36,840 nucleotides of DNA, from the sequence record SRR22947725_4797. One strand, written 5' to 3'. The notes under the pieces are model-generated. The model was not told the origin of the DNA. It did not search any database and worked only from the letters and a program-made list of their open reading frames with translations. Shown in pieces: positions 28,055 through 36,453 of the stretch; position 1 is the first letter of the stretch; each line of letters starts with the position of its first letter. The translations under genes were made by a program, and so were the position numbers.

Positions 28055-29278
28055 ATGTACCGGATATTAATAGGTGCATGGGGAATTGGCTGTTTGCTGG
28101 CTCCCCTTCTTTTCAGCTCAGAGTGGAGCTCTTTTCGGGGCGAAAGCGGAATGGGGATTCACACTAATAAGATGTCTCTTTCGTGGCAAAATAAAGATAT
28201 TGTATGGAGTAAAGAAATCGAAGGAGAAGGACAGTCCTCTATAATACAGGCTGGATCAAAGATCTTTATCACTTCAGCGATTGAGAACAATCTTCGACTC
28301 TTACATTGCTTCGATAAGGAAAAAGGCGATTTATTATGGAAAAGAGAGATCAGAAATAATAGAGCCGAATCCATTCACAGAATGAATGGCTGGGCCACCG
28401 CCACTCCCGCGACAGAGGGAGATCGGGTGGTTGCATTCTTTGGCCCCGCCGGTCTGCATTGTTTTGATTTGGAAGGAAACAAGAAATGGGATCTCGACTT
28501 AGGTGAATTCCCCAGTCATTGGGGAGTGGCAGCATCGCCGATTATTCATAATGGATTGGTCATTCAAAATTGCGATGCCATTGGAAAATCACGACTGGTC
28601 GCGATTGATATTCAAAGTGGAAAAATTGTTTGGGACACCCCAAGGATGGACAAGCCAAAGGGGGGCTGGTCCACACCAATTGTAATCACCGTCCAAGGCA
28701 AAAAACAAGTGGTTTTAAATGGAGAATTTGGCGTAAAGGGATACTCGATTCAAGACGGAAAAGAATTATGGTTTTGTGAAAGCTTCAATGGTCGCGGTTC
28801 CCCGGTTCCTTTTTATGATGGAGAACTCCTCTTTGTTATAAACGGGAAACCCGGTGATTTATATGCAGTCGATCCAACGGGGAAAGGAAATATAACGAAA
28901 ACACATATGAAATGGCATGCCCGCAGAAATGGTGGACGGGATTTACCTTCTCCTGCGTCCGTTCAAGGATTAATATTCGCAACCAGTATGAGTGGTATTA
29001 TTACTTGCTACGATTCTAAGTCAGGAGAAATTTACTGGGTGGATCGCTTACAGGGAGCATTTTCTGGCTCACCCTTGGTTACCTCTGAACATTACTTTAT
29101 ACAAAATGAAATGGGGATCACTTATGTGGTGAAGCCAAGTAAAAAGAAATTGATAATAGAATCTGAAAATGCAATAGCCGATAACACAAGCGAGGTATTC
29201 AGAGCCACGCTTAGTCCGATCGGAAAAAAACTTTTTACTCGTTCACTGACGAAATTATACTGTATAGCGGGACAATAA
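28055..29278 (+). CDS. Secreted PQQ-binding-like beta-propeller protein
   Basis: WSSFRG..G.G, WATATPA, AASPII, WSTPI, D..SG...W repeats. Confidence 0.9.
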   Translation: MYRILIGAWGIGCLLAPLLFSSEWSSFRGESGMGIHTNKMSLSWQNKDIVWSKEIEGEGQSSIIQAGSKIFITSAIENNLRLLHCFDKEKGDLLWKREIRNNRAESIHRMNGWATATPATEGDRVVAFFGPAGLHCFDLEGNKKWDLDLGEFPSHWGVAASPIIHNGLVIQNCDAIGKSRLVAIDIQSGKIVWDTPRMDKPKGGWSTPIVITVQGKKQVVLNGEFGVKGYSIQDGKELWFCESFNGRGSPVPFYDGELLFVINGKPGDLYAVDPTGKGNITKTHMKWHARRNGGRDLPSPASVQGLIFATSMSGIITCYDSKSGEIYWVDRLQGAFSGSPLVTSEHYFIQNEMGITYVVKPSKKKLIIESENAIADNTSEVFRATLSPIGKKLFTRSLTKLYCIAGQ

Positions 29279-29431
29279 ATTCCGATTACGGGAATGACTA
29301 AGCATGACCGTCGGTATTGAATCCGATAAAAATATTTTCCGTTTATTTCTCGGCGAAAAAAACGCTCGCACAAGTTCATCAGTCAGTTCTAACTAACTGG
29401 AAGTATCATTTGAACAACTAACCTGAAAATC

Positions 29432-30835
29432 ATGAATAACCAAGAAATCCTATCCTCTCTCTCCCGAAGAAAATTTGTGAGTAACACCGGCCGTATGGCC
29501 ACCGTTGGAGCACTTGCCGGCTTAACCCTTCCGACGGTTCATGGAAAAAGCGGAGAAGAAACAAAGCTTGCTCTGGTTGGCTGTGGCGGTCGTGGAACTG
29601 GAGCCGCCAGCAATGCTCTCTCAGTATCTCAGGCATTTGGACCCAGAAAACTTTTTGCGATGGCGGATATTTTCCAATACCGACTCGATCAGAGTTACAA
29701 CGGGCTATCCAAAAAACATAAAGAGCTCGTCGATGTATCTCCAGACAGAAAGTTTATAGGTTTTGACGGATACCAAAAAGCAATGGATGTACTCGATCCC
29801 GGCGATATCGTTATTTTTACAACTCCGTGTGCATTTCGTTGGGTGCATTATCAATACGCGATCAAGAGAGGTTTAAATGTATTTATGGAAAAACCGGTCA
29901 CTCCGGATGGTCCCTCTTCACGCAAAATTTTAGAACTGAATGAGGAAGCAAAAAAAATTAATCTGAAAGTCGGCGTCGGCTTAATGTGCAGGCACAGTCA
30001 GGCACGGAAAGAACTTAAGGATAGGATAGACAACGGCGAACTGGGGGAACTTCTTTATTTAAAAGCGGTGCGTATGCAAGGAAGACTTATTGGTTGGGAC
30101 AAAAGAAAACAGGAAACTCCGGATAAAGACAAAACGGACTTAATGTACCAAATTAAGAACTTCCATGGATTTCTTTGGTTAAGCGGTGGAGTGTACAGCG
30201 ACTTTAATATTCATAACATCGATGAATGTTGCTGGATGAAAGGCATGTGGCCGGTCAAGGCACAGGCCATGGGAGGCAGGCATTACCGCGGAGATGAAAT
30301 AGATCAAAACCTTGATTCCTATTCAGTGGAATATACCTTTCCGGACGAGACAAAACTTTACTTCCAAGGTAGGAGTATGAACAAATGCTATCAGGAATTT
30401 GCCAGCCATGCCAATGGCACAAAGGGCTATGCCCTGATCTCAGGTCCAGGAGGTCATCGTTCACAAGCCCGTATCCATAAAGGTCAAGGCCCTGACAGTG
30501 ATTTGGCTTGGATGTTTGGACAAAACGGTGGAGGTCGCCCAGAACGGGAAACGAACCCCTACCAAGACGAATGGGAATACTTGATGGATGCCATTAAAAA
30601 CGATAAGCCCCATAATGAAGTCGAGCGCGGGGTCAAGGCAAGTGTGGTAACCTCAATGGGTCGAATGGCTGCTCATGTAGGGAATGAAGTAACTTATGAC
30701 CAAATGTTAAACTGCAGCCACGACTTTGCACCAGGTGTGGAAAACCTTACCATGGACTCTGAATCTCCTTTGCTTGCGAATGCCGATGGGTCTTATCCTA
30801 TTCCACAACCCGGCATGAAAAAGACCGAATACTGA
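29432..30835 (+). CDS. Gfo/Idh/MocA-family oxidoreductase, Tat-exported
   Basis: SRRKFV twin-arginine motif, ALVGCGGRGTGA, MEKPV, WLSGG...IHNID. Confidence 0.93.
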   Translation: MNNQEILSSLSRRKFVSNTGRMATVGALAGLTLPTVHGKSGEETKLALVGCGGRGTGAASNALSVSQAFGPRKLFAMADIFQYRLDQSYNGLSKKHKELVDVSPDRKFIGFDGYQKAMDVLDPGDIVIFTTPCAFRWVHYQYAIKRGLNVFMEKPVTPDGPSSRKILELNEEAKKINLKVGVGLMCRHSQARKELKDRIDNGELGELLYLKAVRMQGRLIGWDKRKQETPDKDKTDLMYQIKNFHGFLWLSGGVYSDFNIHNIDECCWMKGMWPVKAQAMGGRHYRGDEIDQNLDSYSVEYTFPDETKLYFQGRSMNKCYQEFASHANGTKGYALISGPGGHRSQARIHKGQGPDSDLAWMFGQNGGGRPERETNPYQDEWEYLMDAIKNDKPHNEVERGVKASVVTSMGRMAAHVGNEVTYDQMLNCSHDFAPGVENLTMDSESPLLANADGSYPIPQPGMKKTEY

Positions 30836-30974
30836 GCGTAAACCCATTTGCTCACAAATCAAAACGAAGGCGGTGAATAACTTTCTTAATAAAATGTGCG
30901 CAACTTAAACCTTTGTAAATCAAGCTATTAAACTAAACTTCAACTACTCCCAAACAATAAAAGCTCAATCGCAG

Positions 30975-31004
30975 TTGACGAAGAGAATTCCTTATTTCTA
31001 AAGT
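30975..31004 (+). promoter_or_regulatory. Putative sigma70 promoter in the long intergenic region
   Basis: TTGACG (30975-30980), 18 nt, TAAAGT (30999-31004); predicted +1 near 31011. Confidence 0.5.
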
Positions 31005-31010
31005 TAAGTT

Positions 31011-31086
31011 GTCCAAGGGAGTTTTGGGGTAGGCTTTCTTGGTTTTTAGGCCCGTTCTTGGCAACAAGGACGGGCCGCTTTTTTTT
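31011..31086 (+). ncRNA. Candidate two-hairpin small RNA or leader attenuator
   Basis: Lies between the promoter above and a terminator. Hairpin CCAAGGGAGUUU/AGGCUUUCUUGG with a UGGGGU loop; no ATG-initiated ORF. Confidence 0.45.
31049..31086 (+). terminator. Rho-independent terminator
   Basis: GGCCCGTTCTTG-GCAA-CAAGGACGGGCC: 12-bp stem with one G-U pair and a GNRA loop, followed by GC and T8. Confidence 0.88.
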
Positions 31087-31207
31087 AGAAATCAATCGCT
31101 AAAAATTCGCCTATGGTTACTAAATTCTATGTACAGATAGTACAGAAATAGTATGGTTTATCAACTTTTGGTATTGTAATGATAGGGAATGATATCAATT
31201 TATAAAT

Positions 31208-32014
31208 ATGAAGCTTTTATTAATTATAACCTTTTCGATTCTTTATTCACTGGCCTCATTTTCCTACGGAAAATCCAGACAAAAATTAGTCTGGGCAGAC
31301 GAATTTAACGGAGATTCCCTAGACTATTCAAAATGGGGCGTTGAGGAAAATGCCTATGGTGGTGGTAATAACGAACAACAAATTTATCGATGGGATAAGA
31401 AAAACCTTCGGGTAGAAAATGGAAATCTCGTCATAGAGGCTCACAAAGACAATCCCAATGTGGCTGGAACCACTCGCCCCTACTCTTCTGCTCGAATCAG
31501 AAGTAAACATAGAGGGGACTGGAAATACTGCCGCGTGGATGTACGGGCAAAATTGCCGATTGGAAAAGGTATGTGGCCTGCTATTTGGATGCTTCCGACT
31601 GATGAAAAGTATGGCGGTTGGGCCTCAAGTGGAGAAATTGATATTATGGAACTCGTTGGTCACGAACCTTCCACTTATCATGGAACACTTCATTACGGAG
31701 GTGGGTGGCCAAAAAACCAACATGCTGGTAAGGAATTCAAACTCGCCAAAGGCACATTTTCGGATGAATTTCACATTTTCTCGATTTTTTGGGAGAAAGG
31801 AAAAATTATTTGGGGGATTGATGGAAAGCCATGGCAAACTCAGGAAAAATGGCATTCGGAAAAGGGTACCTTTCCCGCTCCCTTCGATCAGCGGTTTCAT
31901 CTTTTGATCAACCTTGCTGTTGGAGGACGCTGGCCCGGTAACCCAGACACTAAAACAAAGTTTCCTGCAAAAATGCTGGTCGACTATGTCCGAGTATATC
32001 AGAATGAAAAATAA
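31208..32014 (+). CDS. Secreted GH16 beta-glucanase (laminarinase-like)
   Basis: LVWADEFNG, GNNEQQ.Y, WPAIWML, catalytic GEIDIME, PFDQRFHLLINLAVGG, VDYVRVYQ. Confidence 0.95.
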   Translation: MKLLLIITFSILYSLASFSYGKSRQKLVWADEFNGDSLDYSKWGVEENAYGGGNNEQQIYRWDKKNLRVENGNLVIEAHKDNPNVAGTTRPYSSARIRSKHRGDWKYCRVDVRAKLPIGKGMWPAIWMLPTDEKYGGWASSGEIDIMELVGHEPSTYHGTLHYGGGWPKNQHAGKEFKLAKGTFSDEFHIFSIFWEKGKIIWGIDGKPWQTQEKWHSEKGTFPAPFDQRFHLLINLAVGGRWPGNPDTKTKFPAKMLVDYVRVYQNEK

Positions 32015-32066
32015 TTATTATGCATGCGAGAAGAAACGATACCAGTGCTTTACAGGATAAGCTTCT

Positions 32067-33374
32067 TTAAAGCTGTTCCTCTAGCGCGATCAAATGTTTG
32101 ACTAACTGTGCCATGCCCAAGGGCGGAATTGACTCCCCGATTACCTCACGGATAAGCTTTATTGAAAAGTTGTCACTTTCCTTCATTCTCCCATAACGGA
32201 TTCCCTCAAATGAAAACTTTTTGTTCCACAGCGCATGATCCAAAGTGGATAAAATAAGAATTTCCCGAAGAGAAAGAACACGGTTCTGATCGGGGTGGCC
32301 TTTCATATCACTCGAAATCACCCCGCTGTTCATAGTTAATGTACTGGCCGGACTATCCCACCTCATTCTGCGATAGCTGGTTCGAAAGCCCTTGATGAGC
32401 CTCGCTTTCCCCTTATTTAGAAGGACTGGTCGAGGTAAAGTATGACCACATTTTTCACAGGCAACCGATTCCTCCTGTTCGTTATTATGCTTACATTGAA
32501 TGCAGCTGAGATTATCGAAAGCACTTTTCCCCTCCGGGGTGTGTTTCATCCAGAAATACTGATTTTCATTCCAACGCGGAATACAATGGTATGGATCTTT
32601 AGAATCCTGAAGCAAACCGAGTGAGTCTAATTGGGGAAGCCGACCAATCGCATCACTTAAACTGACAGGAGCATGGCCATTCCCCCCCCCATGAGTGGCG
32701 ACTGGATGAAACGGGCTTATTTGTTTGGAAAATACATCCCCTACCGGAGGGCAAGACTCTAAGACCTCCGGAATACGACAACCGATGGTGATTAATCGTT
32801 CCCGATGATGGGGCACTCCATAGGAAGAAAAATTCAAAACATTAGACCTTATCGAATATCCCAAGGGGGTTAAACGCCTGGATAAACAAGCTAGAATATT
32901 TTCAGGTTTATCATGCTCGTTACGGATAATTGTATTTTGCATCCTTCGAACATTTTCGAGGATAAACCAATCGGGTTGCAGCTTTTCGAGGACTGAAATA
33001 CCAGGCAATATCAGTCGATTCCTTTCATCCTCTCTGGGTCGGACACCCGAGCGAATTGAAGATGATATTCTCCCTGCCCCATTCGCTGACATACCCTGGC
33101 AGGGTGGAGAAAGAGTAATCAGCCAAGGTCTTTTTCCATTCAATTCTTTGTTAAAGAAATTGATGTACTCCTGCTGTAACTCCCATATATCACCTTCAAA
33201 AACCTCAGTCGCAGGAAAATTCTTTCTAATTAACTGTGCTCGGGATGGAAGGATTTCAGCCGCAGCTAAAACTGGTATTGCACACCCCCACTCTACTCCA
33301 ACATCTCCCACTCCTCCTCCAGAAAAGAGGGATCCTGAAACTCGAACAGAGCGCGTGGTTCGGAAAGTATTCAT
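32067..33374 (-). CDS. DNA (cytosine-5)-methyltransferase with zinc-ribbon insertion
   Basis: Motif I SLFSGGG, motif IV SPPCQG, motif VI ENV, motif VIII PHHRER, motif IX RVLSLRE, motif X IGESIPP; CIQC-x11-CEKC. Confidence 0.93.
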   Translation of the reverse strand: MNTFRTTRSVRVSGSLFSGGGVGDVGVEWGCAIPVLAAAEILPSRAQLIRKNFPATEVFEGDIWELQQEYINFFNKELNGKRPWLITLSPPCQGMSANGAGRISSSIRSGVRPREDERNRLILPGISVLEKLQPDWFILENVRRMQNTIIRNEHDKPENILACLSRRLTPLGYSIRSNVLNFSSYGVPHHRERLITIGCRIPEVLESCPPVGDVFSKQISPFHPVATHGGGNGHAPVSLSDAIGRLPQLDSLGLLQDSKDPYHCIPRWNENQYFWMKHTPEGKSAFDNLSCIQCKHNNEQEESVACEKCGHTLPRPVLLNKGKARLIKGFRTSYRRMRWDSPASTLTMNSGVISSDMKGHPDQNRVLSLREILILSTLDHALWNKKFSFEGIRYGRMKESDNFSIKLIREVIGESIPPLGMAQLVKHLIALEEQL

Positions 33375-33540
33375 GCCAATATTTTAGCTATCTTAAACCA
33401 TCATCTTGGTCAACGAACCACTCTGTAAGGAATGAAAAAAATCACTCCCATACAATAGAACTTCCTATATTATGTTTACCCAAACCACATATTTTGAATG
33501 GACATTGAACAAACAGTGGCCCAATTCTATTTATTTACAC

Positions 33541-35136
33541 ATGAAACGATTTATTCCTATTTTATTATGCCTGTCTCTTGGGGGACAGATTTTTGCTCAC
33601 GACCCGGCGACCGAAATGACAACGGCCGCTCACAATTTCCTTAATTCTTTGGAAGAAGGGCAAAAAAAGAAAGCACATTTCCCCTTCTCTGATAATGAGA
33701 GAGAAAACTGGCATTTCTTTCCGGGAAGTTTTGTAAAACCGAACGGACGAATGGGATTATCCGTAAAAGAGATGTCTTCTCCTCAGAGAACCTTAGCACA
33801 GACTCTTCTTTCTTCCGCCCTGAGCCATCGTGGACAGATTGAAGCATCTACCGTTATTCTCCTCGAACAAATTCTCTATGAAAATGAAGGACGGGAAATG
33901 AGAAACCCAGACCTTTATCATTACTCAGTATTTGGCCAACCGGAGCAAGCCGGCTCATGGGGATGGCGGTTTGAAGGCCACCACCTTTCTCTTAACTTTT
34001 CTCTGGTAAATGGAAGAATATTCTCCGTCACTCCAAGTTTCTGGGGAGCTAGTCCAGCGAAAGTAACAGAAGGAAAACATGCCGGAATGCGCGTTCTTGC
34101 CGAGGAGGAGACAACCGCGTTCAAGTTCTTCAAATCTCTCTCCCCTCCCCAAAAAAAAATGGCGATTCTTTCTGACAAAGCTCCTCGTGAAATCTATTCC
34201 GGTCAGGACAACACAGTAGACTGGTCAACATTCGTGCCGGCTCAGGGTCTTCCTATTACTAAGATGAATCCCCGTCAAAAAGGATGGCTACAAGAAGTAA
34301 TCGCAGTGTATTCAGCAAAACATCGCCCCCAGGTAGTTAAACAAATAAACCAAAATAAACCTCTCCTTCACCCCACTGAAACCTTTTTTGCATGGGCGGG
34401 CGGGCTGACCCCTGAAACAGGTCACTACTACCGCATACAAACACCGGATTTCCTGTTCGAATACGCCAATACTCAAAATAATGTGAATCATGTTCATGCG
34501 GTATGGAGAGACTTTAAAGGAGATTTTGGAAGAGACCTCTTAGCGGAACACTACACCCAAGATCATTCGAAGCAAAAGGGTTGGGTCAGCATGTTTGACG
34601 GAAAAACTCTCAAAGGCTGGAAGCCAAACGAAAATGAGGAATCATTCTCCGTAAAGAATGGGTGCATCGTGGCCAATGCACCGGGGCGTTGCCATCTTTT
34701 TTATCAGACTAAAAAGCCGTTCAAAAACTTTGAATTCAAGGCCGAGGTTATGACTCTACCGCATTCCAATGCAGGCGTGTATTTCCATACTCGCTTCCAG
34801 GAGGACGGTTGGCCAAAAGCGGGTTTTGAATGCCAAATAAATAATACCTATCACGACCCCAAAAAGACAGCCAGTATTTATGGCGTACAAGATTGCCTGG
34901 AAGCTCCGGCACGGGATGACGAATGGTTTACCCTTTACATAAAAGTGGATGGCAAACATGTAATCACAAAGGTAAATGATCAAGTAATCTCCGATTGGAA
35001 CCAACCGGAGGACTGGAAAAAAAGTGGGGACTTTGAAAGGGTATTAGGAGAAGGAACATTTGCACTTCAGGGACACGATCCCGGAAGCACAGTCCTTTTT
35101 CGTAATCTTTTCGTGAAAAGACTTCCCGCTCAATAG
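33541..35136 (+). CDS. Secreted DUF3500-DUF1080 fusion protein
   Basis: MKRFIPILL signal at ATG 33541. DUF3500-like WGWRFEGHHLSLN and NHVHAVWRD..GDFG.DLL..HY, then DUF1080 MFDGKTLKGW, SNAGVYFH, FALQGHDPGS.V.FRN. Confidence 0.87.
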   Translation: MKRFIPILLCLSLGGQIFAHDPATEMTTAAHNFLNSLEEGQKKKAHFPFSDNERENWHFFPGSFVKPNGRMGLSVKEMSSPQRTLAQTLLSSALSHRGQIEASTVILLEQILYENEGREMRNPDLYHYSVFGQPEQAGSWGWRFEGHHLSLNFSLVNGRIFSVTPSFWGASPAKVTEGKHAGMRVLAEEETTAFKFFKSLSPPQKKMAILSDKAPREIYSGQDNTVDWSTFVPAQGLPITKMNPRQKGWLQEVIAVYSAKHRPQVVKQINQNKPLLHPTETFFAWAGGLTPETGHYYRIQTPDFLFEYANTQNNVNHVHAVWRDFKGDFGRDLLAEHYTQDHSKQKGWVSMFDGKTLKGWKPNENEESFSVKNGCIVANAPGRCHLFYQTKKPFKNFEFKAEVMTLPHSNAGVYFHTRFQEDGWPKAGFECQINNTYHDPKKTASIYGVQDCLEAPARDDEWFTLYIKVDGKHVITKVNDQVISDWNQPEDWKKSGDFERVLGEGTFALQGHDPGSTVLFRNLFVKRLPAQ

Positions 35137-35144
35137 CCTATTCA

Positions 35145-36449
35145 ATGAAACCCTTTTTTCTTGGTTCTCTGATTCTTCCCCTAGTAGCATATGCCCAGTC
35201 ATGGCCACAATGGCGCGGCCCGGACGCCTCCGGTCATGCCCCAATAGCCAATTACCCGAAGTCCTGGTCTTCCCAAAAAAATATCTCTTGGAAAACGAGC
35301 CTTCCTGGCCGTGGCCACTCATCTCCGGTTCATGATGGTGAGAATATTTGGGTAACTACTGCTATGGAAACTCCTGCATCCGAAAAAGAAAAAGAGGAAA
35401 GACTAAAGGAAAATAAGGGATTACCCACTGTTACAGTACTTTCCAAAGTGAGCCTTCGGGCCCTGAAGATTGATGCTTCTTCTGGAAAAATCCTAAAAAA
35501 CATTGAAGTTTTTAAGAAAAAACAGCCACAATGGGTTCATAAGTTAAACAGCTATGCCTCCCCCAGCCCCTATCTTCAAGAGGGCAAACTATACCTTCAT
35601 TTTGGTGCTTATGGAAATGCGTGCATTGATTCAAAATCAGGTGATATCATTTGGAAAAATGACGAAAAAAACCTGTGGGTGATGCATGAAAATGGACCGG
35701 GGAGCTCACCCATTGTTTGGAAAAACCTGATGATCTTCCATTTGGATGGAAGTGATCGGCAAAGCATCGTCGCACTCTACAAGGACAACGGTAAAATTGC
35801 TTGGCAAACTGAACGAACCGGGGAAATGAAAGAAAACCCACAACTCCAAAAATCATACTCGACTCCGATCATTGAAACATTCAACGGTAAACCTATTTTG
35901 ATTTCCTGCGCAGCGGACTGGGTATACGGATACAATCCAGCAAATGGAAATGAGCTTTGGAAAATGAGGTATGGCATACTCGGGTTTTCTAATGTGGCAC
36001 GGCCCGTTGTGGGCCACGGAATGTTTTATCTGTCCACCTGCTTTATGAAATCCGAAGTTCATGCTTACCAATTGGAAGGCCTTACCGAGCCCAAGCTTGT
36101 CTGGAAAATGACCAAGGGTGCACCCAGAATCCCTTCCCCTATCTTAGTAGGAAATCAACTTTATGTGGTAAACGATGGTGGAATTCTTTCCTGCGTAAAT
36201 GCTCAAACAGGTGATCTCAATTGGCGAGAAAGGCTCGACGGTGAATTTAATGCCTCCCCCATCCTCGCCAATGGACTACTCTACCTTTCTGATCGAGCCG
36301 GGAAAACCACTGTCATCCGTCCGGGAAAAAGCCTGCAAATCATTTCAGAAAATGAATTGGATGGAGCTCCACACATGGCTACCTTTGCACCCCATAAAAA
36401 TTCATTTCTTATCCGTACTGATAACACTCTTTACCGAGTGGCAGAATAG
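35145..36449 (+). CDS. Secreted PQQ-binding-like beta-propeller protein
   Basis: WPQWRGPDASG, GHSSPV, NSYASPSP, YSTPI, ASPI, RT..TLYRV. Confidence 0.9.
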   Translation: MKPFFLGSLILPLVAYAQSWPQWRGPDASGHAPIANYPKSWSSQKNISWKTSLPGRGHSSPVHDGENIWVTTAMETPASEKEKEERLKENKGLPTVTVLSKVSLRALKIDASSGKILKNIEVFKKKQPQWVHKLNSYASPSPYLQEGKLYLHFGAYGNACIDSKSGDIIWKNDEKNLWVMHENGPGSSPIVWKNLMIFHLDGSDRQSIVALYKDNGKIAWQTERTGEMKENPQLQKSYSTPIIETFNGKPILISCAADWVYGYNPANGNELWKMRYGILGFSNVARPVVGHGMFYLSTCFMKSEVHAYQLEGLTEPKLVWKMTKGAPRIPSPILVGNQLYVVNDGGILSCVNAQTGDLNWRERLDGEFNASPILANGLLYLSDRAGKTTVIRPGKSLQIISENELDGAPHMATFAPHKNSFLIRTDNTLYRVAE

Positions 36450-36453
36450 GAAA

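Noticed and set aside
29279-29298. ATTCC-GATTACG-GGAAT-GAC small hairpin resembling a REP/dRS3-like end
   Set aside because: Only a 5-6 bp stem, single copy, and no matching left end.
30895-30930. CCTTTGTAAATCAAG, reminiscent of sequences near recombinase attachment sites
   Set aside because: No integrase, tRNA or second copy in the window.
3897-33540. Longer upstream starts in the ORF track (3897, 6863, 10050, 15427, 33472)
   Set aside because: They overlap upstream genes or add non-signal sequence; downstream ATGs (3996, 6998, 10188, 15463, 33541) give typical signal peptides.
23117-36449. Calling the PQQ-like propellers quinoprotein dehydrogenases, BamB or Ser/Thr kinases
   Set aside because: Only the repeat fold is evident; no dehydrogenase catalytic features, clear lipobox or kinase domain were seen.
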